From a virus, in IMG/VR virus record IMGVR_UViG_3300027763_000001, positions 1-64,000 of that record: a stretch of DNA of 64,000 nt; one strand, written 5' to 3'. Positions 55,439 through 64,000 of this stretch are shown piece after piece (within the stretch, counting starts at the first letter, position 1; every line of letters begins with the position of its first letter). A model generated the notes under the pieces. That model made no database searches. It was not told the DNA's origin and saw nothing but the letters and a program-made list of their open reading frames with translations. The position numbers and the translations under genes are program-made.

Positions 55439-55984
55439 TCAGACGAGAAGAGAGACAATCGGTGCAATAGCACCAGTCAGCTCAGAGAGAGTCTCGGTGA
55501 AACCCTTGGGCTTCATCAATACGTCCCGCATCAGCTGCAGCCGGGCGGCATCATTGGTCTGCTCGCCAGTGACGGCCGTGGACACCCTGTCGTTGGTGTC
55601 TCTACCCAAGCCGACAAAGCGGTCGGCGACGTCCACCCCTTGCCGGTAGGTCTGATCTCCCAGCCTGAGCTGATTGTCGGTGTAATTTTTGAGGTTTGCG
55701 CTGTTTTCTTCCACCCGGATCTGGCTGCCAGTCCTGGCTTCCTCTCGCAGCAGGGGCGCCATGCGCATTCTGCCGTAGACGCCGTTATCAATCCCTCGCC
55801 TCTGCGACCAATCGGTTCGGTAGGCGTCCTGCCACGCCTGTTCCCCCAGCCCCTCCCCCATCTGCGTTGGCGAGGACAAGCCCGGTGCGACCACGGCCTC
55901 CTGCGGCTTGCTGACAGGCGCCTTCGGCACCTCCGGCGACTTGTATGTGTAGCGGCTTGGCTTGAACAGGTCGAGTGGATTCAT
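55439..55984 (-). CDS. Hypothetical protein, putative ejection/internal protein
   Basis: Tight operon spacing; hydrophobic C-terminus. Confidence 0.6.
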   Translation of the reverse strand: MNPLDLFKPSRYTYKSPEVPKAPVSKPQEAVVAPGLSSPTQMGEGLGEQAWQDAYRTDWSQRRGIDNGVYGRMRMAPLLREEARTGSQIRVEENSANLKNYTDNQLRLGDQTYRQGVDVADRFVGLGRDTNDRVSTAVTGEQTNDAARLQLMRDVLMKPKGFTETLSELTGAIAPIVSLLV

Positions 55985-55987
55985 GGC

Positions 55988-56500
55988 TCAATTCCTCGTG
56001 GTTGGTGCTGGGAGGCTCGATCGGGCTCTATCAGCGCTCGTCGCTGCGCCAAGGTAAGTCTGCAGCAGCGGCGCGTTTACTGCCTGCGCCCCCTCGAAGG
56101 TGGCCAGCCCTGTCCCGTAACGATTGCCCGCCCGGGTGAGCCCATCACCCTGGGGGGCGAACAGCTGTCCCATCGCCCATTCCTTCGCTCCCGAGCCCCG
56201 CAGGCCGGAGGCGGACTGCAGGAGCCGATCCGCCAGCGTCGCCTTGCGGGTTTGCTTGCGCTGCTTCTCCAGCGCCGCAATCTCGGCCTTCTGCTCCAGA
56301 GTCCGCTGGCGATTGACCAGGTTCGTGTTGGCTAGCTGCGCCTGGTTGTTGAGCCCAGTCTGGGCCAATGGCGCCATCAAGGCAGCCGTTTGCGTCGGCA
56401 TCTGCCCCAGCAGCATGTCCGAACCGTTATCGAACACCGTCCCTTGGAGCGGGGCGACCGGGCGAAACGTCTGAGTGTAGGCACCAGCAAGAGCGCTCAT
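55988..56500 (-). CDS. Hypothetical protein, putative ejection/internal protein
   Basis: Coiled-coil, Ala/Gln-rich. Confidence 0.6.
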   Translation of the reverse strand: MSALAGAYTQTFRPVAPLQGTVFDNGSDMLLGQMPTQTAALMAPLAQTGLNNQAQLANTNLVNRQRTLEQKAEIAALEKQRKQTRKATLADRLLQSASGLRGSGAKEWAMGQLFAPQGDGLTRAGNRYGTGLATFEGAQAVNAPLLQTYLGAATSADRARSSLPAPTTRN

Positions 56501-56506
56501 GGCTGA

Positions 56507-57241
56507 TCAGTACGGATTAGGCATTGAAAGGATCCCTTGGGCCCCTGCTGACATCGCCCCCAGCGCTTGGCTGGATCCATTCTGGGCCATTGCCAGCACC
56601 GCCTGGGCATAGGCAGCTTGCTGACGTGCCTCAAGGTCTGCTTTCATGCGCAAGATATCATTCTGACGAGACAGCGCCATCTCCCGCTCAGCGATCGGCA
56701 GGTTTGCCTGCCGGCGGCGAGAATCCATCGTGATCCCAGCCTCGTTGGCGCTGATGGCATTTTGGATAGCTTTTTGCTCAGGAGTGTCAGACCGGGTAAG
56801 CCCCACCAGGTCCGTCGCCCCCCGCAGCCCCGCCTTGCCCGCCTGACTGCCCGCCAATCCCAGCCCGGCAGCCGCGAGCCATCCCATGGGCCCGCTCATC
56901 CCGAACGCCAGTGGCGCCAACGCGGCCAAGCTGCCCACGCCCGCACCGGTGGCGTCTACCAGATTCTGCTGAGGGGTTTCACTCTTGTCCCCCATCTCGC
57001 CGGCAGCGGCCAGCAGCCCTCCAATACCGGCCCCGCCGGTAATCAGCCGCTTGCGGCCCATACCGCCGGCAAGGCCACTCAGTGAGGACATCAGATCGCC
57101 GGCCCAGCGAGGGCCGGCGCCGCCACTGACGCCATTGCCGGAAGAAGAGGACCTGATCGCCTCGGCATCAATCGCCTCAGGGGCAACCCTCGCGTAGCGC
57201 GGTCTGACCGCCAGCGGACCGCCTGGGACGTACGGTGGCAT
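56507..57241 (-). CDS. Glycine-zipper membrane-like protein, putative DNA ejection protein
   Basis: GAGVGSLAALAPLAFGMSGPMGWLAAAGLGLAG followed by a coiled coil. Confidence 0.6.
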   Translation of the reverse strand: MPPYVPGGPLAVRPRYARVAPEAIDAEAIRSSSSGNGVSGGAGPRWAGDLMSSLSGLAGGMGRKRLITGGAGIGGLLAAAGEMGDKSETPQQNLVDATGAGVGSLAALAPLAFGMSGPMGWLAAAGLGLAGSQAGKAGLRGATDLVGLTRSDTPEQKAIQNAISANEAGITMDSRRRQANLPIAEREMALSRQNDILRMKADLEARQQAAYAQAVLAMAQNGSSQALGAMSAGAQGILSMPNPY

Positions 57242-57288
57242 CTCCGAGACGGCGACGAAACTCCCCAGATTCTAAGCGCTCTGAGGCC

Positions 57289-57864
57289 CTAGCCGAACAG
57301 TCCGCCCAGAGCCTTGCCGGCCACTCCGCCGATCGCTCCTCCAGCGGGTCCACCAAAGACCGATCCGACCACCGATCCGATCGCTCCAAGGAGGCCGCCG
57401 CTCCTGTTTTTGGTCGCCTTCTGTTGCTCGCTGTAGTTCCGCGTCACGTACTGCTGTTCCTCCCACAGCTTGGCATCTGCAAGCCCCTGGCTCCTCTGCA
57501 TCAGCGCTTGCCCCGTGCCATCCAGCGCCATGGCAGCCGCGCTCCCCTGCGCCTGGGACAGCGCTTCGCTCCCGCTCGCAAAGGCACGGCCGGCATCGCT
57601 GCTCGCCCTGAACCCCTCCTGGTTCGGTCTCACTGGACCGTTCTCCGCCGCTGCTCGCACGCTGTCCATAGCCCGCCCCGGGCCCGGGGCCGCCGACTGC
57701 CCTGTCGCCGCCGATGACAGCCTTTGTACGGGCTCTGGCGCGCTACTTGCCAGCGAGCCGCCTTGGCCATCGCCCCAGTCTCTCTTCGTGAACTGCACAG
57801 CGCCCGGCGGCGCGTAGGCCTGCTCGGGCGTGTAACTGCCTGAGAATTCGTAGTTGCGTCTCAT
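57289..57864 (-). CDS. Glycine-zipper protein, putative DNA ejection protein
   Basis: C-terminal GGLLGAIGSVVGSVFGGPAGGAIGGVAGKALGGLFG. Confidence 0.65.
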   Translation of the reverse strand: MRRNYEFSGSYTPEQAYAPPGAVQFTKRDWGDGQGGSLASSAPEPVQRLSSAATGQSAAPGPGRAMDSVRAAAENGPVRPNQEGFRASSDAGRAFASGSEALSQAQGSAAAMALDGTGQALMQRSQGLADAKLWEEQQYVTRNYSEQQKATKNRSGGLLGAIGSVVGSVFGGPAGGAIGGVAGKALGGLFG

Positions 57865-58196
57865 CGCCTGCCGCCGGAAACAATCTGGCCAAGGGCACCA
57901 CCGATCGCCTCGAGCACCTGCAAATTATCCCTGCCTGCGCCCTGCGACTGCGCAGAGCCCATGGAACCCGCCGAGTAGCCCTTCGGCTTTCGCCTGTTGA
58001 CGCTGCGGAAAGCTCTCATCTGCTCGTCATTGACCTGCTTTTGTGCGATCGCACTGGCCTGATTGCTCAGCCCTCGCCCGATCATCTCCCCCATCCCCCG
58101 GACGCCCGCCGTCCTGGCCGAAGTAAAGGCGTCCACGGCACTGCCCCCTTCGCTGCCACCCGCGAAACTGCTCCCGCCCATCACGTTCAGTCTCAT
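57861..58196 (-). CDS. Gly-rich hypothetical protein
   Basis: ATGA couplings at both ends. Confidence 0.6.
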   Translation of the reverse strand: MRLNVMGGSSFAGGSEGGSAVDAFTSARTAGVRGMGEMIGRGLSNQASAIAQKQVNDEQMRAFRSVNRRKPKGYSAGSMGSAQSQGAGRDNLQVLEAIGGALGQIVSGGRR

Positions 58197-59608
58197 CGCC
58201 GTCCTCCAGTTGCCCCATTCTGGCCCACCCGGGGCGGCGCGGGCAACTCAGCCGGCGCAGTGCCTGGCTCTTCTTCTTCCTCGATCGGCGCTTTGCCCTT
58301 CAGCCCCCTCCGCACACCCTCCAGAGTCGAGCCGATCAGGGCCGCCGCTGTCAGTGACCCGCCTCCGTGGATCAGCACGTCCTTGAGCACCTCGTTCTCT
58401 ACGGCACGGTTGTACTTACCGTGATTCGCAACGGCGTCCGCAACCGCCACCTCATGCGACTCCGCCGGGCCCCGCTCGTCCTGCGGCGTCCCCTTGAGCA
58501 CCGCCAGTTTTCCCAGCGCCTCCTGTCTCCGCTGCAGCAAGTCCACCCCGATCTCCCCGCTTACCGGATCCACCCCGCTTCGCGTCAAGCGCATCGCCGC
58601 TTTCCGCGCTCCGTACCGCCCTCCCGCCGCCATCGCCACCGCTGGAATAATCGCCGTCGCCACCGGCAGCGACTTACCCAGGAAGTTCACCTCTGCCCCG
58701 TGAATCCCGTCGGCAGTCAGCTTGATCGGCCACTTGCTTCCGTGCAGGAAGGCCTTGTACTGCTCGTACTCTCCTTTGGTCACATCGGGCCGTTCTTGCA
58801 CAAAATCCCGGTACGGCAGCAGTTCTCCGCTCCGCCCCAGCACCATCTCGCTCAAAAACTCCGCCGCTGGGCTGCTTGACTCCCGCCGATCACCATCGCC
58901 AGGCGCAGCCGCGCCGTATCCATCCAGTCGCCCAAAACTGCCGTTGGCAAACTTCATCGCGATCCATGCTGGTGCCGTCGCAGCCATTCGCATCGCCCGG
59001 CTTTTGAGCAGTGGCGCCGGCACGTCAGAGATCCCCGCCTGGGCGTGGTGTAGCCCCTGCAGCGTTGCCACGCTCGTTACTGCCTCCCCGGCATTCATCA
59101 GCCACCACAAGTTCATCAACCCCTGCACTCCAACGGCGTCCGCCATCGTTACGCCAAGGGCTTGGGCCGCCTTGCGCCGCCCGCTATCCCCGATCGGCTC
59201 CTGCACCGTCGGGTTGTCAAACTCAGGGGTGAAGTCCTTGTGGACCGTGCCAGCCCGCAGGTCCGGCAGGGCTTCCCGCGCCGCGCCGAACCCCTCCATC
59301 CGCTCCTTGGAATACCCGCCCAGCGGGATGCGCTGCACCCATCCCGGCGTATTCCACGGCAGCCGCTGTCCCAGTGCCGTATCGCCCACCCTTCCGGGCA
59401 GGTGCTGCCTGGCGTAGTCCAGCAATGGCGAGCTTCCGGCCGCGTCCTCAAGGACTGAGTTCTCGAACCCTCCGCCGACGCCCCGGGCCACCAGGTTTTG
59501 GTACTCCCTGGGATTTGAGCGGAACGCCTGCGCAGCGATCCACTTCAGCTCATCCCAATCGAAGGGAAGATTCGCGTTTTGGATCACCTGCGAGCCGTTC
59601 GCCATCAC
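58193..59608 (-). CDS. Putative internal virion/ejection protein
   Basis: Hydrophobic helices; LLPY..F..ERPDVT..EY..YKAFL; operon context. Confidence 0.6.
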   Translation of the reverse strand: MMANGSQVIQNANLPFDWDELKWIAAQAFRSNPREYQNLVARGVGGGFENSVLEDAAGSSPLLDYARQHLPGRVGDTALGQRLPWNTPGWVQRIPLGGYSKERMEGFGAAREALPDLRAGTVHKDFTPEFDNPTVQEPIGDSGRRKAAQALGVTMADAVGVQGLMNLWWLMNAGEAVTSVATLQGLHHAQAGISDVPAPLLKSRAMRMAATAPAWIAMKFANGSFGRLDGYGAAAPGDGDRRESSSPAAEFLSEMVLGRSGELLPYRDFVQERPDVTKGEYEQYKAFLHGSKWPIKLTADGIHGAEVNFLGKSLPVATAIIPAVAMAAGGRYGARKAAMRLTRSGVDPVSGEIGVDLLQRRQEALGKLAVLKGTPQDERGPAESHEVAVADAVANHGKYNRAVENEVLKDVLIHGGGSLTAAALIGSTLEGVRRGLKGKAPIEEEEEPGTAPAELPAPPRVGQNGATGGRR

Positions 59609-60229
59609 TCAGTTCCCCATCGACTGCAGGACAAGGTCCTGCACTTCCCTTGGCTGCTGCGCCAGGAACCGGGCGAACATTTCGTCGCCGCTGTCGCCCG
59701 TCGCCAGGCCGGGGCTGGCTGCTCCGTAATTCGACGGCAGCTCCAGTGGCGATGGCCCGAACTGCTGCCGCGTAAAGCCGCCCTGTGCTGGTGCCGGCGG
59801 TGGCGCCGCAACAGCAGGCACCAGCTTGGCTCCTGCCTGCTGTTGCTGCTTCTGCAAGATTCCCTCCATCAGCGGCCGCGGCGACCCGAAGCCAACCCCC
59901 ATCTCGGTCACCATCGAGCCGCCCAGCCTGGCCATGTCCAGCGCCTGCGGACTCTGCAGCTTCAGCAGCCTGCCCACCCGGTCACCAGCTACTCGGCCGC
60001 CCAGGGATCCGAGCAGTCCAATCCCCAGGTCTTCGGCCCCGATCGCCAGCGAATCCCCAGCATTGCCGCCCCCGAACGCCGCCCCGGAAAACAGTGCCGC
60101 CAGACCGTTGCCCCCGTACTCCAGTCCCATCTGCAGCTTGTCGATCTTGCCCGCCTCATCGCGAGGCACCAGCACCCGCTTCAGGTAGTCCAGCGCCCGT
60201 CCGCCCAGTCCCGCGAATCTCATGCTCAT
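59609..60229 (-). CDS. Glycine-zipper membrane-like protein
   Basis: GLAALFSGAAFGG...DLGIGLLGSLGG. Confidence 0.6.
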   Translation of the reverse strand: MSMRFAGLGGRALDYLKRVLVPRDEAGKIDKLQMGLEYGGNGLAALFSGAAFGGGNAGDSLAIGAEDLGIGLLGSLGGRVAGDRVGRLLKLQSPQALDMARLGGSMVTEMGVGFGSPRPLMEGILQKQQQQAGAKLVPAVAAPPPAPAQGGFTRQQFGPSPLELPSNYGAASPGLATGDSGDEMFARFLAQQPREVQDLVLQSMGN

Positions 60230-60591
60230 GCGATCCCTCCGGGCCCGCCTTGTGGCTTGCTCGTCGGTCCAGGCGAAGGCTGCACCGGCGCCATTGCCGG
60301 TGGCAGCGCAAACGGTGATCCGGGGGACTGCATCGCATCCATAAATCCCTTCAGCGCCGGCCCGGCCGCCGCCACCAGGTCCGCTCGCTGGAACGCCTCA
60401 GCGATCTCATCACCCGCAAACCGCGTCGTCCCAGCCGGAGACGGCGTCCCTCGCACCGACACCCCCGCACGGGTTGGGCTGGACGCCGGAGACTCCTTCA
60501 GGCTGTTCGCATTCACAACCGCAGCGCTAAGCGCGCGCCGCACCGAATCAGGCGGGCCTGTCAATGGAGAGAGGGAAAGGCCGCCAGCCAT
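60226..60591 (-). CDS. Hypothetical protein
   Basis: ATG MAGGLSL; TAGGAT 21 nt upstream; ATGA coupling downstream. Confidence 0.55.
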   Translation of the reverse strand: MAGGLSLSPLTGPPDSVRRALSAAVVNANSLKESPASSPTRAGVSVRGTPSPAGTTRFAGDEIAEAFQRADLVAAAGPALKGFMDAMQSPGSPFALPPAMAPVQPSPGPTSKPQGGPGGIA

Positions 60592-60629
60592 AGGTCTCAA
60601 CCTGAGATGCCCATCCTAGGCGGCTTCGC

Positions 60630-63347
60630 TCACACCCTCCGCGCTCGCGCCAGGGCTATCAGCTGTTCCATCGTCGCGTTCCGCATCTGCGGCGCCCTGG
60701 CCGGGTCTACCCGAGAGGCGGATGGCGCCAAAGCCGGGTTTTGTCCCCACGTCCCCACCACCGGGTCCGCCCCCGACAACCCCAAGGGCGGATTTTTGCG
60801 CGACTGGGGCTGCCACTCGAGTTCGCTCATCGACGGGCCTGCGCCCGCCTCGATACCGGTCTGCGCCGCCAGATCCCTTAGCAGTGTCCGCAGCCGCAGT
60901 TCGCCTCCAGTCCCGACCTGTTGAGACGCCATCGCAGGCCGCGCCTCGTCCCCGTACCGCCCGGGGCCCGTCACCGCGTTCAGCTCTAGTTCTGCGCCCA
61001 CGTTGATCGGCCGCGCCGCGGGTGCCGAGTAGTCCGGCCCAGGACCCACCTCGCCCCTGGTCGGCGACATGACGTTCTCCCCCAGCCAGCCCTCTATCGC
61101 CGCCACCGTCTGCCGGTCGAATCGGCTTGGGGCCCGCATCACTTCCGCCGCCTGCCGTGGCGCCAGCCCGCCTGGCAGCTCCGCACCCTGGTTCAGTGCA
61201 TATCCGCCCATCACGCTTTCGGCCGTTGGCGCTGGCACCGGCGGCGGCACTGGCACCCCCGGATAGATCTCGCCGCCCTTGAAGTCGTCGAACTGCCACA
61301 TCCCGGGCGCTGCGTCCAGCCGCCTGCCCTGCACGTCTCGCGCATGTTCCAGCAGCGGCTTCACCACTCCGTGCCACGTATCGCCATACGCCTGGCTCGC
61401 AAGTGTCGGCCCAATCGCCGGCGCGCGCACCGGGGCGTCCTCTGCTGGACGGCCGCCCAGCCTCGCGATCGTGTCCAGCATCGTGAACAGCGAGTTGTCG
61501 TACACCGTCCCTCGCTCCGTTCGCCCCACCCGCTCCACCCGGTCCGGGAAGTCCCCGCGCACCGCCGCGCTCCGGCTCGACACCGCGTCCGCCCCCAGCG
61601 TCCGCTGCATAGCCGTGTTCTGTACCGCATTGATCAGTGGATCCGTCAGTCCGGTGTCCCCCACCAGTCGCCAATCCCCCGGAACCCCCGCATACTCCGC
61701 CAGCGCCTGCACCAGCGACCGCGCTCCTTCCAGCTTCTCCTGCTGCCACTTTGCGTTCTCGCCCACTCGATATCGCCTGGTGAACACCTCATCGCCCTCG
61801 CCCTGCTCCGGCGCCCATTGATCCACGGCGAACACCGCCGGGCCCGGCACCGGCCGCCCGTCCTGCTCTTGCACGATCACCAGCTGCCCGTCGCCCAGGT
61901 CAGCCACCATCGGCTTCACGTCGGCCTCGTTCCAATATCGCTGCACTGCCCCGAAGTCCGGCTCCACCGGCCGCCGCCCCATCACCAGCGTCCGCACCGG
62001 CGTTTCGGCCTCCTCCAGCGCTCGCTGGAAGGCCTGTCCCACCGTTGGCCACGTTGCCGCCCTCGGCACCCCCGGATCGTTCGGCCGGCTAAATCCGTGC
62101 GTCCGGCCGAGCTCGTCGACGTTCCACTCTTCCGGATTCGGCGCTCCTACCGCCTCGTAGGCCCCCATCTCGAACTTCCCCGTCGCAGGCTCGGACTGCG
62201 AATACCGCTTGGCCAGCCCGATCAGCGGGTGGTCGTCCGCCAAGCCCAGATCCATCGGATCCAGCACCACGCTCGGATCCACCAGCAGCTGCCGCACGCC
62301 ACGCGGGTCCACCGCCAACACCCGCCGCGCTTTCCCTTTCTCGTTCAGCTCGTAGGCGCTCTGGTCAGCAACCGCTTCCAGCTGCTTCAGCATTTGCCCC
62401 GCACGCGCCCGCTCCATCGGGCTGGCGCCGTAGGCCGCGGTCCGCTGCGCCTGCTCTCGCGCCTGCTGTACCCACTTCTGCTCCCGTGGCTGCTGCACCG
62501 TCGGTACCTCCGTCACCGTGCTCCCGTCCCACCGCTTCTGCTCCGATCGGCGTGCCATCAGCAACGGCACATCGCCGCCAACCACCCGCTCACCGAACGA
62601 CTCCTTGGCCAGCGCATTCCGGCGTCCGCTCGTCCCCACCTTCTTCCCGTGCCCAAACGTCTGCCGTAGTAGCCGCTGCTCGTCCTGGTCCAGTTGCCGC
62701 ACCTTGCTCCGCAGCGCCTGGACTGCCGGCTCGTCGGGCCCGTAATACGTTGGCCCGACCTGCAACCCCTCGCCTACCGCCGTCCCCGCCGGCACCAGAT
62801 CCCCCGCGCGCTCCAGGGCTCTCCCCAGCCCCAGCTCATAAAACGCCCGGCGCACTTCCCCCTGGTCATCACGCCCCTGCCGCCGGAACCCGCTCCTGTT
62901 CTCCCTCGGCACCGACAACTGCTCACCAATAGCAATCGCTACGGCCTCCCGCGCACCCAAATTCGGACCCCCAGGCCCCGAATCCATAAACTGCGCCGCC
63001 CGTAGCGCCGTATCCGCATCCAGACTTCCCGCCGGCACCCCCGCCATCCCCTCCAAGTCCTGCACAAAGCTCCACGTCCCCGGTTCCGGCTCCATTCCGG
63101 GCTCCAATTGGCTCAACAGCGTTGATGCCGCATCCATCCGTGCGCTCACCTCCTCAAACCCTTCCGTGTTTCGCCCTCCCTCCCGCGCGCGCCCCTCCCG
63201 CAGCCGCCTAATCATCGCCGGCCCCCTGTCATACCCCTTTAACCCCCGCTCCTCGGCAAATCGCCGCGTTTCCGCAGGCTGGAAACCACCGTTTCGGCGG
63301 CTGCCGGGGCGAATCACACGCTCTCCTTGCCCGCCACTCATCGTCAT
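60630..63347 (-). CDS. Large hypothetical protein, putative internal virion protein
   Basis: 905-aa open frame; TAGACT and a GGAAGG RBS upstream; no recognisable domain. Confidence 0.65.
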   Translation of the reverse strand: MTMSGGQGERVIRPGSRRNGGFQPAETRRFAEERGLKGYDRGPAMIRRLREGRAREGGRNTEGFEEVSARMDAASTLLSQLEPGMEPEPGTWSFVQDLEGMAGVPAGSLDADTALRAAQFMDSGPGGPNLGAREAVAIAIGEQLSVPRENRSGFRRQGRDDQGEVRRAFYELGLGRALERAGDLVPAGTAVGEGLQVGPTYYGPDEPAVQALRSKVRQLDQDEQRLLRQTFGHGKKVGTSGRRNALAKESFGERVVGGDVPLLMARRSEQKRWDGSTVTEVPTVQQPREQKWVQQAREQAQRTAAYGASPMERARAGQMLKQLEAVADQSAYELNEKGKARRVLAVDPRGVRQLLVDPSVVLDPMDLGLADDHPLIGLAKRYSQSEPATGKFEMGAYEAVGAPNPEEWNVDELGRTHGFSRPNDPGVPRAATWPTVGQAFQRALEEAETPVRTLVMGRRPVEPDFGAVQRYWNEADVKPMVADLGDGQLVIVQEQDGRPVPGPAVFAVDQWAPEQGEGDEVFTRRYRVGENAKWQQEKLEGARSLVQALAEYAGVPGDWRLVGDTGLTDPLINAVQNTAMQRTLGADAVSSRSAAVRGDFPDRVERVGRTERGTVYDNSLFTMLDTIARLGGRPAEDAPVRAPAIGPTLASQAYGDTWHGVVKPLLEHARDVQGRRLDAAPGMWQFDDFKGGEIYPGVPVPPPVPAPTAESVMGGYALNQGAELPGGLAPRQAAEVMRAPSRFDRQTVAAIEGWLGENVMSPTRGEVGPGPDYSAPAARPINVGAELELNAVTGPGRYGDEARPAMASQQVGTGGELRLRTLLRDLAAQTGIEAGAGPSMSELEWQPQSRKNPPLGLSGADPVVGTWGQNPALAPSASRVDPARAPQMRNATMEQLIALARARRV

Positions 63348-63429
63348 CGCCCTTCCGCCCCGCTGAGTCTGGTGAGTCCGAGTCTAAGACCGCAGTTTCG
63401 GGTGGGACGCGCCGCCCAAAACGCATTCC

Positions 63430-63710
63430 TTGACCCACCCCGACCGCCCCTGACCCCTCTTGACACACTTCAGCCTTCCCGATGGCTCTTCTTAAGCACG
63501 CATCCACCACCCACTCATTAGCATCAAATGTTTTCTACTATTTTTTTTTTTCAAATTAACGTCTAAAGCACCCCATAGGGGTGCGATACCCTCACGAAAA
63601 AAAACAACTGCTTGCACATGTACCGCATGTGCCGGCCTTGTCGCCGCAGTAGAGGTACCCGCAGCATGCGTTGACCAGCCACAGCCAACTTTAGCTGGAT
63701 TTGCCAGCTA
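63430..63710. other. Non-coding control region with three 7-bp-stem hairpins and poly-T/poly-A tracts
   Basis: GCACCCC-ATA-GGGGTGC (63568-63584), GCACATG-N5-CATGTGC (63614-63632), TAGCTGG-N5-CCAGCTA (63692-63710), T12 at 63540. Confidence 0.6.
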
Positions 63711-64000
63711 TTGTAAGCCTTTGTCAGCCCTTGATTCTTTTAGCTTTGGGCTTTATATCTCTTCATTTGTTGCTTTTCAGGTGTTTCACCGTTGCTTACG
63801 GCCGTGCGCTTGAGCAGGGCGTAAGTTTCGCTGTAGTTGGCAAGTGTTGCTGCGTGTGTCCACCTTCGCCAGCTACCGCCAGCCATACTCTGATTAACCA
63901 TTGTTTGCTATACCGCCCCTGCCACCCCCCGGCAGCGGTTTAGCACTTCGATTGGAGGGTATCAGCGGTGCCCAGTGAGTGTATGAGTTATCTACACGCG

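Noticed and set aside
54794-56335. 513-aa plus-strand ORF
   Set aside because: Shadow of three tightly packed minus-strand genes.
10992-58052. HIP1 (GCGATCGC) enrichment
   Set aside because: About eight copies were noticed by eye. That is compatible with a cyanobacterial host but was not rigorously counted against a background model.
63701-63943. 80-aa Cys-rich ORF at the window end
   Set aside because: Weak TTG start, no RBS and atypical composition; more likely non-coding or the shadow of a gene beyond the window.

Overview
A GC-rich 64-kb segment of a tailed dsDNA phage of freshwater picocyanobacteria (Cyanobium/Synechococcus type host, inferred from a host-like dnaE and a DUF3288 gene). 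The capsid/portal/terminase module recalls, from memory only, the S-TIM5/S-EIV1-like cyanophages. The left part (1-24.8 kb) holds replication and nucleotide genes: a partial PD-(D/E)XK exonuclease, a primase-VapE helicase followed by a structured probable origin, an NDT-like protein, dCMP deaminase, ThyX, class II RNR with two inteins, an unsplit DnaE and a DUF5664 dNTP diphosphohydrolase. The right part holds virion genes: major capsid protein, LamG fibre proteins, portal, scaffold, TerL/TerS and a block of Gly/Ala-rich probable ejection proteins. The most unusual signals are a tandem pair of catalytically degenerate LAGLIDADG proteins divergent from the capsid gene across a perfect palindrome, several other pseudo-enzymes, a TM-PAS plus holin-like operon, a recurrent TAGACT -10 motif, phased TTGACRCA repeats and a 485-nt portal/scaffold overlap. 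I found no integrase, tRNA, CRISPR array, reverse transcriptase or PurZ. All family calls come from motif recognition by eye, with no database searches.
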